Virus record (IMG/VR): IMGVR_UViG_3300005805_000215
Location: 1 to 37,442 of that record
Direction: 5' to 3' (one strand)
DNA length: 37,442 bases
From: a virus
Lineage: Duplodnaviria > Caudoviricetes
Position 1 is the stretch's first letter; each line of letters begins with the position of its first letter. The notes beneath the pieces were generated by a model. The model was not told the origin of the DNA. It ran no database searches and saw only the letters and a list, made by a program, of their open reading frames with translations. Below are positions 15,862 through 25,033 of the stretch, piece by piece. The position numbers were made by a program, and so were the translations under genes.

Positions 15862-18347
15862 GATTCAATGACCGCGCCATGGCATTAGCAGGTATCCCTG
15901 ACCTGCCTGTTGATGCTTTCAAAAAAGAAGGTGGCAAGATAAAGCTGCATGGCGGCGGTGGTGGCCCGCAGACATCTGTTACTCAGACCTCAAACATTCC
16001 TGAATATGCTCAACCCTACGTTGAGCGGATGATGGGGGCGTCAGAAAAACAAGTATATAGGTATGACCCTAAAGGAAACATCACTGGTTTCCAACCGTTT
16101 CAGTCCTACTCTCAATATGCTAGAGCCAGAGGCGGTTCAGGCGAAACTGTAGCTGGCTTTACCCCTATGCAGGCAAGAGCTATGCAAGGTATTGGTCAAT
16201 ATCAGATACCGGGGCAAACTGCGGCGGCTTCAGATATTACAGGCACTGCAACTTTAGGTTCCATACAGGCAGGGCGCGGGTATATGCCGGGGATGTTTGG
16301 CACAGGAGATGTAGGTACAGGTTCATTTATCTACCCCGGTATGGCACAAGCTTATATGTCGCCGTACCAACAAGCAGCTACTGATGTTGAGAAAAGAGAA
16401 CTAGCGCGTCAGTCAGCGATTGAAGGGCAAAGACAACAAGCACAAGCGGTTCAAGCTGGTGCCTTTGGCGGGTCTCGTCAAGGGCTGGTTGAAGCAGAGC
16501 GTCAGCGTAATCTGATGCAGCAGATGGGCGACATTCAGGCGCGTGGGGGGCAAAGCGCGTTCCAACAAGCTCAGCAGCAGTTCAATGCGGAACAACAAGC
16601 AGGACTACAAGCACAGTTAGCTAACCAGCAGATGCGTATGCAGGCGCAACAGGCGCGGGAACAGTCACGTCAGTTTGGCGCTGAGTTAGGCATGAAAGGT
16701 TACGGTCAGGCACTGCAAGGCGCTGGACAATTGGGTGCGCTAGGAGAACAACAGTACAAGCAGGAGCTAGGACTACTAGGCCAGCAGTACGACGTGGGCG
16801 CTAAACAACAAGCTTATGAGCAGTCTCGTTTGAATCAGATCATTCAAGACTATGCTACTTCACAGCAGTATCCGTTTATTCAGTTAGGTACGCTGTCTAA
16901 TATGCTGCGTGGCTTGCCGATGCAAGCGGCTACAACTCAGATGTATCAGGCGCAGCCGTCGTTTTTACAGCAGGGCATTGGTCTGGCTGGTGCATACGCT
17001 AACTTGAAGCAAGCCGGTGCATTTGGTGCAAAAGAGGGCGGCGAGATTAAGGAGATGGCGTCTGGCGGTATTGCGTCTGGCGTTAATCCGTATAAGTTGC
17101 CTGACATGATGAAAAAATTGTCTGATGGGCAACTACAAGCCAAGTTAGGCGGTGACACTGATCCTGAGACTATGGGGATTGCTCAAGCCGAAAAACAACG
17201 CCGAGATACAGTGCGCGGTGGCATGGCTGGTGGTGGTGTTGTGGCGTTTAAAGAGGGCGGTATTGATCAGGTAAAAACCCCGTTCCCTAAAAACCCAGAT
17301 GAAGAAGAGCCGAAGCCGGTAACTACACGCCCGAAAGCCGCTGCACCGAAGCCCGCGCCTGTAGAAAAAAGCCCATATCAGGCGGAGTTTAAACGCGCAT
17401 TGGCTGAGCCAAGCCCGATTGCGCCTGAAATAGCTTCGTTAAGAAGACAACAGGTTGAAGCAGAACGAGAAGTTGCTGGTGGCGTTGAAGGGATAATGAA
17501 ACGCAAAGAAGAGGACTTCAAAAAATATGGACTTGATCCTGCGGCTATTTTTGCAAAAGACCGTGCGGACAATAAGAAGTTCTTGGAGCAGGCTCAGGGT
17601 GACGCTAAGAAAGCTGAGTATCTACGTTGGGCGCAGGCATGGGCTACGTTTGGCTCAACCCCCGGCCCTGTACTGAAAGCTGCGCTCACGGCTATCAACA
17701 GCGCCGTGCCTGATTTGATAGACGATCAGAAGTATGCAACTAATCTGCAAAGAAGCATTCAGAAGACTTTGAGCGAGATCGACCGCGCCGAGTACCTCGA
17801 TAAGAAAGGTAACTATGATGAGGCACAAAAGCTTCTCAATGAGGCTAGAGGCAGGGTTGCTAGTTTAAGTATTAAGAGTTCTGAACTGATTGCAAATGAG
17901 TATCAGGACAGACAGAAGAATTTGGCTGGTCTGGCGGCTGCTGAGCTGAAGGGCGAGTTTGACGTTAAAGAAGCGCGTATTCGTGCAGCTGCTACTGGCG
18001 CGGGCGGCGCTGGCCTAGAACTTAAAGAAAATAAAGAGATCAACGCGGCGTTGGAGAAGTTTGATAAACGAGTTGAGAAGCGCGTTTCAGACTTGAAAGA
18101 TAAAATTGTTTATCTACCTGAAAAACATGATGTACGTATACGCGCTGAGAAAGAACTTAAAGCTATTGAGGACGAGAGAAAAGAACTTGAGGAGCGTCTA
18201 ATCGCTCAGATGTCGCGTGGCACTGTGAGGACAAAAGATTCTGAGACGCCTAAAGCTGCGCCTGCGCCTACAGCTGAAGATATTTCTTATACAGCTAAGA
18301 AGTACGGGATATCCGAGGAAGAAGTAAGGAAAAAACTGGGGATTTAA
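15858..18347 (+). CDS. Internal virion / DNA ejection protein
   Basis: 829 aa; Gln/Gly-rich N-half (YMSPYQQ, AGAFGGSRQG) and helical Lys/Glu-rich C-half. Confidence 0.7.
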   Translation: MRFNDRAMALAGIPDLPVDAFKKEGGKIKLHGGGGGPQTSVTQTSNIPEYAQPYVERMMGASEKQVYRYDPKGNITGFQPFQSYSQYARARGGSGETVAGFTPMQARAMQGIGQYQIPGQTAAASDITGTATLGSIQAGRGYMPGMFGTGDVGTGSFIYPGMAQAYMSPYQQAATDVEKRELARQSAIEGQRQQAQAVQAGAFGGSRQGLVEAERQRNLMQQMGDIQARGGQSAFQQAQQQFNAEQQAGLQAQLANQQMRMQAQQAREQSRQFGAELGMKGYGQALQGAGQLGALGEQQYKQELGLLGQQYDVGAKQQAYEQSRLNQIIQDYATSQQYPFIQLGTLSNMLRGLPMQAATTQMYQAQPSFLQQGIGLAGAYANLKQAGAFGAKEGGEIKEMASGGIASGVNPYKLPDMMKKLSDGQLQAKLGGDTDPETMGIAQAEKQRRDTVRGGMAGGGVVAFKEGGIDQVKTPFPKNPDEEEPKPVTTRPKAAAPKPAPVEKSPYQAEFKRALAEPSPIAPEIASLRRQQVEAEREVAGGVEGIMKRKEEDFKKYGLDPAAIFAKDRADNKKFLEQAQGDAKKAEYLRWAQAWATFGSTPGPVLKAALTAINSAVPDLIDDQKYATNLQRSIQKTLSEIDRAEYLDKKGNYDEAQKLLNEARGRVASLSIKSSELIANEYQDRQKNLAGLAAAELKGEFDVKEARIRAAATGAGGAGLELKENKEINAALEKFDKRVEKRVSDLKDKIVYLPEKHDVRIRAEKELKAIEDERKELEERLIAQMSRGTVRTKDSETPKAAPAPTAEDISYTAKKYGISEEEVRKKLGI

Positions 18348-18350
18348 ATA

Positions 18351-21300
18351 ATGCCTCGTGACCTGTTTGCTGAAATGGAAGCGGCTCGTGCTAAGCCGCG
18401 AGATTTGTTCGCTGAACGTAAGATAGACATTCAGCCCAAGCCAGAACCCAAGACGCGTAACGTCGCTGCTGTCTTAAATGACACAGTAATTAGCGTTGCC
18501 AACGCAGCGTTGGGCGGTGTGCAGGCGGCAGCTGACTTCGTGTCTCCGGGTAGCTCGTTTTCGAAGGCTGTAGACGAGTTAATCAAAAAAGGCGAAGAGT
18601 CGCAAAGCGACATGGTCAAGGCTGCGCGTGATGAGTTCCAGCGCAATCTGGCTGGCGCTAAAACCGCAGGTGAAGAAGTCGGTGCGGTTGCTAAGTATGT
18701 AGCCACTAGCCCCCTCCAAGCGGCGGCACAAGCAGCGGGCTCTTTTGCTGGCCCCGGTCTAGCTATCAAAGGCGCGACTAAAACGGCGCAGTTACTTAAC
18801 CTCACAGAAAAAACCGCAGGACGTTTGGGTCTAGGCGCTGGTATTGTGACTAACGCTGCGATGGCTGGCGGTGACGCTGGTGGCTCAGCGTACAAGATGG
18901 TGATGGATACGCCGGATGAGATTCTTCTACAGAACGACTTCATCCGTAGCCAAATCGAAAAAGGCGTACCGCTAGAGAAAGTAAAAGAAGACGCTGCTAA
19001 CACTGCGGCGCGTCGTGCGTCGTTTGTCCCTGCATTAGTGGGCGGTGCGACCGGCGCGTTCGGTGTCGAACGGTTCTTGGCTGGTGTGGGCGGTAAAACT
19101 GCTGCCTCAACTCTTGGCGGGGCGATTAAAACCGGCTTGTCTGAAGCACTCCAAGAAGGTGTAGAAGAAGGCGTCACCGAGTATTCTGGACGCGCTGCGG
19201 CGCAAGAATACGACCCACGGATCGACCCAACTAAAGGCGTTGCCGGTGCTGCTGCACTTGGCGCGGCGCTTGGCTTTATTCCGGGTGCGGGCATCGGGGC
19301 TATTGAGACACGTAATGCTCTTGCTGCTGAGACCGCCCAGAAAGAATTAGAAGTACAACAAGCCCAACAACAAGCAGCACAGTCCGCTGCGGCTATAGTT
19401 CCTGACGCGCAAGCTGTTCAAGCACAGGCAGAAGAAGCCGCTAGACCCCCCTCTACAATACCGATAGGTGTTACTACACCTGAACAAGTAGGCGCTGCGC
19501 TTGCCGGTGAAACTGCAAAGGAGGCTTCTGATGTCGCACAACTTACTGGAATTGACGCAGCAGCAGATCAGTCTGGCGCTGTTGGCGCTCCACGAGAATT
19601 GGAAGGAGCCCCCGGAGGAACTGAAGCACTTACATCCGCTGGAATGGCTGATGCTAGAGGACTTACTTCACAACTTGCTGCGGCAGAAGGAGCACAGCCA
19701 GCTGCACTAGAACTACAAGCAAAACAACTTTACGACGACTATGCAGTAAAACAATTAGAAATGGGGGTTCCATCCATTCTGGAATGGGATCAACTAGGTG
19801 AGGCTACAAAAAACGAATTCCGTGCGCAAGTTGGTGGAACGCAAGATCAAAAAGTAGAAGGGCAACTAAATTACGAAGACGGCGAGATATATACCGGCGA
19901 AATTAAAAATGGTCTTCCAAACGGACAAGGTACGTTCACTTGGATAGATGGTGATACCTATGTCGGCGGGTTTAAGGACGGTGCTCAAGATGGGCAGGGT
20001 ACATACACATTTGCTAACGGTGATAGTTACATTGGTGGGTTTAAAAACGGTGTATACCATGGAGAAGGTACGTTTACGTTTGCTGATGGGCGTGTAGAAA
20101 CAGGTATTTTTGAAAATGGTGAACTAATCTCAAAGGAGGAGCCAAGTGTCATTGAAACCACTGAAGCCATCGAAACAGAAGCGCAAAGAAAAGAAAAAGC
20201 TCCCTTCACCCCCTCCAAGCGCGTAATCACGCTTGAAGAAGAAAAAGCCGCGCCGGTCGCCGAAGGGTTCACTAAAGCGCAGAAGCCGTTTGCTCAAGCA
20301 AAAATTAATACCCGCGATGCAGCACCAAAAAATGTCGATGAGGCAATTAGCTATGCAGGTGCCGAGACAGCATTCGATGAGTTTGACGCCGCGCTAAGTA
20401 ACCTTAAGACCACTTACGCCGCTCAGATCAAAGCTGAGAACACAGCTAATAAAGCTAAGTACGAAGAGAATGTGAAGCTGGGCATCCCGTCTGCTAAACC
20501 GGAAGAGGTAACGATCTTCGACATTCTGGGGCGCATGACTCAGAACGAACGCGAAACCGCTTTTAAAAATGCTATCGAAGCTACTAAAAGTAAGATTAAG
20601 CCGACTAAGAAAAGAGGGGCGCGGGAAGCGTTTGTTGAGTCCTTATCCGAATCTCAGAAACAAGCTGTTGAGGCTAAGCGCAAAGAGACTTTTAACGCAG
20701 AAGTCAAAGCTGTAGGCAAGCTAGGCAAAAAGAGTATTTCCGACATCCGCGAAGCGCGGAAGAAGGCCGCTGCCGCTGCGGGTACGACCGTTGCCGCCCC
20801 CAAAGTAGGTAAGGCGCAGCCTGTTACAACAGTGAAGGTCGCAGAGAAGACCGAGAGCGAGAAAATAATTGAGCGACAGACTGTGGTGGCACTGCGGTCT
20901 GGGGATACTAACTCGATCCTAAAAGCTGTCAAAACAGGATATACCGATCCGGCAACTAAGCTATTCGCATCCCAGATTGAGTCAGTTCTCAGTAAGTTAG
21001 GCATAAAGCCAACCGTTGTTATCGGTAAGGTAGAGGGCAACCGCCCCGGCATGTACGACCCTGCGACTGAGACGATTACGATTGATCCAGACGCGCCGCG
21101 CGACGCGATGTTGGACGCCGTAGTGCTGCATGAGTACGCCCACTTCATCACTGACCGTGCGGTAGACAACCCACAGAACTTGACGCCTATACAGCGCGTT
21201 GCGCTTGAGAACCTGAGTAAGCTGCAAGTTCACGTACAGAAGAAGCTAGGTAAGAAGTACGAGATAGGCAACCTTAAAGAGTTTCTCGCTGAGGCGTTCT

Positions 21301-24300
21301 CTAACTCAGAGTTCGTCGCTGATATGGCGAAGATCCCGCCGCTCAGTAAAGTCATCAAGGTGCCTAACGCACTGCGTGAGTTTGCTATCCGTGTCATGCA
21401 GCTTCTCGGTATCAAGGTTGACAGTGTATCTAGCCAAGTCCTAGAGAACCTTCAGACGATGATCACCGGCCCATATGTTTACGGTGTTCGAGAAGGTGTA
21501 CAAGGGCCAGTTATGCCCGGTGCTAAAACCCCCGGCAGGGCTGTGGGCGTCTCGTTTATGGGTGGGGAGCCCAAGAAGGCGGGCGAGTACACAGGCAAGT
21601 CTACGGAAGAATTTATCGAAGGGCAGAAACTGCCTGAAAGACCGAAGGGTTTCTTTGGGTCTATTAAGTCATGGTTCTCTGGGGGTTTGTCAGGGCGGTT
21701 CAAAGAACTCGCACGTCAGTATCAGAACGAACAGTACCCCGTAAAAGATTTTCAGCGCCAGCTAGACCGTAGTGGGTTGCTCGTCCTTGAAGATGAGGCT
21801 AAGGCAAATAACATCTATGACTCGCTGTCTCTTGCGGCGGGTAACTTTCGTAATCTGGATAACACCTACGTCAACCCGCGTCTAAACAAGATTAACGAGA
21901 TGCTGGTCAACATGGTCAAAGAGACCGGACTGCCGCTCGATACAGTACTAAAACGCTTGTCTGCTTATGGCACTGTGATGCACGAGGGCGAGGTACGTGC
22001 GGTGAAGTATCTACGGAAAGTGCCACTGCGCTCTGATACAGAGAATGTTAATTGGTTTGGAGAAAAAATTTCTCCAGCGACAGCACGTAACTATATCTTC
22101 TCCGAGCTTACTTCAAAAGATACTCTTGCTAAACGAGCTAAGGATTTAGGCACGACGACCAAAGAAATAGCCAAAGCCTATCGTAAGCTGCTTGACGATA
22201 TTGTTGCAGACAAAAATAACCTTGATCCGGGTAAAGACGCGAAGAAAGTACCGCTGTTCGACAGGGATCACATTGATTACAGCGTTCTGGCAGGACTTAT
22301 GCCGGAGGATGTTAAGAAGCATATCGACTACTTCAATCAGAATAAGACTGAGAAGAAGATGATGGACGACATCTTGGCAGAGGTTCGCGCCCTGTCTGAC
22401 GTTACCATCATGCTCAACAAGCAAGCTAATTACTGGTCGCCACAGGTTGACAACCTTGTTGACTTCTACGGGTACAAGAATTACGTCACATACAAGGGCA
22501 AGCCCATAGTTGATGAGGATGCTGACTTGTTCTACGGCGGCGAACAGAAGCTCGGCAGAGAACTTCAGCAGAAAGAATATACGCAGGAAGGGCGCTATAC
22601 GCTGCCTGACAACCCGATTCTGACCATGATGGCTGACGCGTCGATTGCTGCGTCTCGCTCCGGGCGTAAAGACGTGACCAAGAACCTGTATAACTTAGCG
22701 CAAAGTGAAATACTTGGTAAAGTAGAAAAGATTGTTTCTTTTGAAGAGCGGTACAAACTGAAAGAAGACGCAGAGTTGGCTAAGCTGATGAACAATCAGA
22801 ACGTCTTCTTGCACTATATGCCTGACGGTGAAGTGGCTGTTATATCAGTTAAGAACGACCGACTTCGTAACGCTATCCGTAAAACATATCAAACCGGAAG
22901 CGGCTTCATAGATAAGTTAAACACCTTTACTGGCTATATGGGGCAAACCCATACCCGCTTTAACGTAGCGTTCGCACCTAAGAACTTCGTCCGTGATATG
23001 CTGGCTAACGCATTTAACATCAGCGTTGATATGACCCCCGGCGCGGCATCTAACTACATTGGCTCGATTGCCAACTACGTAACGTCTAACGGGTTTATCA
23101 AGTCGTTCAAAGTAGCTGGCGCGTTTTACGAAGGTGGTGCCGATCCGTCTAAGAACCCACGTTTGAAGAAACTATTAGCTAACGACAAGTCAGGCCACGT
23201 TAGAGACTTGGTGGACTACCTGCAAAACGGCGGTGACATTGCTTACGTCAGTAGCTTCACTGCTAAAGGTCAGTTCCGTGATGTACTAGCCTTAGCAAAC
23301 AGACCGACTGCGCTTGGCACAACGCTAAAGGCTAAAGACGAAGTCGTAAAGTTTTTTGATCAGTACATGGCTGGCTTTGAATTTACTAGCCGCGCCGCTG
23401 CGTTCAAGATGCGTAAAGCTGAGTTGGTTGGCAGGTTTATGAAAGATGGTTTAAGTCGTGCGGAAGCAGAGAAAGCCGCCAACAAACCCGCCGCTGCATT
23501 TGCCAAAGGGTTAGCTAACTTCGAAGAGAAGGGACTAAAAGGTCAGCAGATGGGCGCGTGGTTTATGTTCTTTAACGCCTCGGCTACTGGTGCAGTGCGC
23601 GTTATCGAACCACTAGCTCCTGCAATATCTTCTGTTTTCGGCGGCTACCAAGCTGCCGCCGACCGTGCGTGGGCTGAATTGCCTACAGAATTACGTAACA
23701 AAGGCAACCGAGAAGAGTTCAATAAGAAGTTTATTGAGCAAGCTGTGCGTGGTAAGAATGCGTCAGCTGCCATATTTGGGTTTGGTATAGCTATGTACTA
23801 TCTTGCGTATGCTGGTGCCGGAGAAGATGACTTTGGGCGTAACCGCGTAGCGATTGATGACATGACCCGTTGGCAGCGCGATGCGCGGTTCTTCGTTGGT
23901 GATGGCGTAAACGACATCATCACTATACCGTGGGGCTTCGGTATGGGTGCGTTCGCGGCTCTCGGCGCTCAGATCGCTTCGCTAGGCAACTCTGATACCA
24001 AATTCACTGAGGTGCTGGCTAACATGATACCAATCCTGATGGATTCGTTTTTGCCACTGCCAGTATCTAGAGGTAGTCTAATAGATAATCCAGCCGAATT
24101 TATTATTGATACGGTTGCGCCAGCGCCGCTAAAACCAATTGTTGAGTTCGCCATGAACTACAACTCTCTTGGGCAAGAGATATACAACAATCGGCAGGGG
24201 CCCAATGGCAGCGTTTACACAGGCGGTGACAACATACCGAAGATATTTAAAGATGCGGCGGTCTTCCTATACGAGAGTACCGGCTTTGAATTCGGCGCGA

Positions 24301-24785
24301 ATGAGATGTACTTCTTTGCTTCTGCTTACGTGGATGCTTTAGCAAAAGCTGGTTCTGCGACATGGAATATCTTTACAATTGGAACAGAAGGCGACCGCCC
24401 CGCCATGGAGCGGCTAAAGCAAGATAGTCTAGTCCTCTCCGGCTTTATCGGAACGCGCTCTGATTACGACGCACGTAAATGGAGCAAGATTGAAAGAGAC
24501 CTAGAACAGCGCCGAGATCGCCTAAAAGAAATGAAGGAAGCAAATCTTACGGCGTATTACGAACATCTTGAAGATAATCCTTTAGATGAATTTTTAGTTA
24601 AGCGGTTTAATAGCGACGCCAATGGTGAGCTTAAACGGTTGCGCAGCGCGGCTAAAGAAATTAGGCGTAGTTCTGCTTATGACTTCGCTACCAAACGAGT
24701 ATTACTGGAAGCTAATCGCTTGGAATCATCTTTACTGAAAATGCAGCTTGTCGATATGTACACTGCTATGGGTTATGAGTTCTAA
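18351..24785 (+). CDS. Giant polyvalent ejection protein (MORN repeats, zincin-like HExxH domain, LPD38-like C-terminus)
   Basis: 2144 aa; Gly/Ala-rich hydrophobic N-region with EALQEGVEE; MORN units; GMYDP...VVLHEYAH...EFLAE; C-terminal IPWGFG...PIVEFAMNYNSLGQEIY. Confidence 0.8.
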   Translation: MPRDLFAEMEAARAKPRDLFAERKIDIQPKPEPKTRNVAAVLNDTVISVANAALGGVQAAADFVSPGSSFSKAVDELIKKGEESQSDMVKAARDEFQRNLAGAKTAGEEVGAVAKYVATSPLQAAAQAAGSFAGPGLAIKGATKTAQLLNLTEKTAGRLGLGAGIVTNAAMAGGDAGGSAYKMVMDTPDEILLQNDFIRSQIEKGVPLEKVKEDAANTAARRASFVPALVGGATGAFGVERFLAGVGGKTAASTLGGAIKTGLSEALQEGVEEGVTEYSGRAAAQEYDPRIDPTKGVAGAAALGAALGFIPGAGIGAIETRNALAAETAQKELEVQQAQQQAAQSAAAIVPDAQAVQAQAEEAARPPSTIPIGVTTPEQVGAALAGETAKEASDVAQLTGIDAAADQSGAVGAPRELEGAPGGTEALTSAGMADARGLTSQLAAAEGAQPAALELQAKQLYDDYAVKQLEMGVPSILEWDQLGEATKNEFRAQVGGTQDQKVEGQLNYEDGEIYTGEIKNGLPNGQGTFTWIDGDTYVGGFKDGAQDGQGTYTFANGDSYIGGFKNGVYHGEGTFTFADGRVETGIFENGELISKEEPSVIETTEAIETEAQRKEKAPFTPSKRVITLEEEKAAPVAEGFTKAQKPFAQAKINTRDAAPKNVDEAISYAGAETAFDEFDAALSNLKTTYAAQIKAENTANKAKYEENVKLGIPSAKPEEVTIFDILGRMTQNERETAFKNAIEATKSKIKPTKKRGAREAFVESLSESQKQAVEAKRKETFNAEVKAVGKLGKKSISDIREARKKAAAAAGTTVAAPKVGKAQPVTTVKVAEKTESEKIIERQTVVALRSGDTNSILKAVKTGYTDPATKLFASQIESVLSKLGIKPTVVIGKVEGNRPGMYDPATETITIDPDAPRDAMLDAVVLHEYAHFITDRAVDNPQNLTPIQRVALENLSKLQVHVQKKLGKKYEIGNLKEFLAEAFSNSEFVADMAKIPPLSKVIKVPNALREFAIRVMQLLGIKVDSVSSQVLENLQTMITGPYVYGVREGVQGPVMPGAKTPGRAVGVSFMGGEPKKAGEYTGKSTEEFIEGQKLPERPKGFFGSIKSWFSGGLSGRFKELARQYQNEQYPVKDFQRQLDRSGLLVLEDEAKANNIYDSLSLAAGNFRNLDNTYVNPRLNKINEMLVNMVKETGLPLDTVLKRLSAYGTVMHEGEVRAVKYLRKVPLRSDTENVNWFGEKISPATARNYIFSELTSKDTLAKRAKDLGTTTKEIAKAYRKLLDDIVADKNNLDPGKDAKKVPLFDRDHIDYSVLAGLMPEDVKKHIDYFNQNKTEKKMMDDILAEVRALSDVTIMLNKQANYWSPQVDNLVDFYGYKNYVTYKGKPIVDEDADLFYGGEQKLGRELQQKEYTQEGRYTLPDNPILTMMADASIAASRSGRKDVTKNLYNLAQSEILGKVEKIVSFEERYKLKEDAELAKLMNNQNVFLHYMPDGEVAVISVKNDRLRNAIRKTYQTGSGFIDKLNTFTGYMGQTHTRFNVAFAPKNFVRDMLANAFNISVDMTPGAASNYIGSIANYVTSNGFIKSFKVAGAFYEGGADPSKNPRLKKLLANDKSGHVRDLVDYLQNGGDIAYVSSFTAKGQFRDVLALANRPTALGTTLKAKDEVVKFFDQYMAGFEFTSRAAAFKMRKAELVGRFMKDGLSRAEAEKAANKPAAAFAKGLANFEEKGLKGQQMGAWFMFFNASATGAVRVIEPLAPAISSVFGGYQAAADRAWAELPTELRNKGNREEFNKKFIEQAVRGKNASAAIFGFGIAMYYLAYAGAGEDDFGRNRVAIDDMTRWQRDARFFVGDGVNDIITIPWGFGMGAFAALGAQIASLGNSDTKFTEVLANMIPILMDSFLPLPVSRGSLIDNPAEFIIDTVAPAPLKPIVEFAMNYNSLGQEIYNNRQGPNGSVYTGGDNIPKIFKDAAVFLYESTGFEFGANEMYFFASAYVDALAKAGSATWNIFTIGTEGDRPAMERLKQDSLVLSGFIGTRSDYDARKWSKIERDLEQRRDRLKEMKEANLTAYYEHLEDNPLDEFLVKRFNSDANGELKRLRSAAKEIRRSSAYDFATKRVLLEANRLESSLLKMQLVDMYTAMGYEF
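19531..19710 (+). CDS. Putative overprinted 59-aa Leu/His/Glu-rich protein in the +1 frame of the giant gene
   Basis: AAGGAGG at 19518-19524, 6-nt spacer, ATG 19531; MSHNLLELTQQQISLALLALHENWKEPPEELKHLHPLEWLMLEDLLHNLLRQKEHSQLH. Confidence 0.6.
   Translation: MSHNLLELTQQQISLALLALHENWKEPPEELKHLHPLEWLMLEDLLHNLLRQKEHSQLH
19890..20120 (+). repeat. MORN-type 23-aa repeats (3 full plus a partial)
   Basis: YTGEIKNGLPNGQGTFTWIDGDT / YVGGFKDGAQDGQGTYTFANGDS / YIGGFKNGVYHGEGTFTFADGRV / ETGIFENG. Confidence 0.9.
20146..20226 (+). CDS. Putative overprinted 26-aa basic peptide in the +1 frame of the giant gene
   Basis: AAAGGAGG at 20132-20139, 6-nt spacer, GTG 20146; MSLKPLKPSKQKRKEKKKLPSPPPSA. Confidence 0.4.
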   Translation: MSLKPLKPSKQKRKEKKKLPSPPPSA

Positions 24786-25033
24786 CCAACACGCCACACC
24801 CTGACGCCCAGATGGCCTTCTTTGTGACACGTAAAAATCTTCACACGGATATCTGACTTCTTAGCCGCTATGTCAGCCAAGTAAATCATCTGGGCAGGGC
24901 GCAGCGTAGGGATAAAGAAACTATCCCCTAGCTGCATGTAAGGGTAGGGAAAAACCCACTCAGGTTCCTCCGTCATCCCCTCTATATTCATCGGTTCCAA
25001 AGAAAGAACTTGGGATTTTTGTTTCAAAGACAT
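24782..25033 (-). CDS. Small phage protein, possibly DNA-binding (start uncertain)
   Basis: FPYPYMQLGDSFFIP...GVRVWR motif typical of a small phage protein family; overlaps the 3' end of the primase. Confidence 0.7.
   Translation of the reverse strand: MSLKQKSQVLSLEPMNIEGMTEEPEWVFPYPYMQLGDSFFIPTLRPAQMIYLADIAAKKSDIRVKIFTCHKEGHLGVRVWRVG

Noticed and set aside
18431-19294. 287-aa antisense ORF in the giant gene (also 20654-21169)
   Set aside because: Shadow of Ala/Gly-rich coding sequence; no recognisable motifs or RBS.
22304-22365. Third nested ORF after GGAGG in the giant gene
   Set aside because: The ATG abuts the SD with no spacer and the ORF is under 20 codons.
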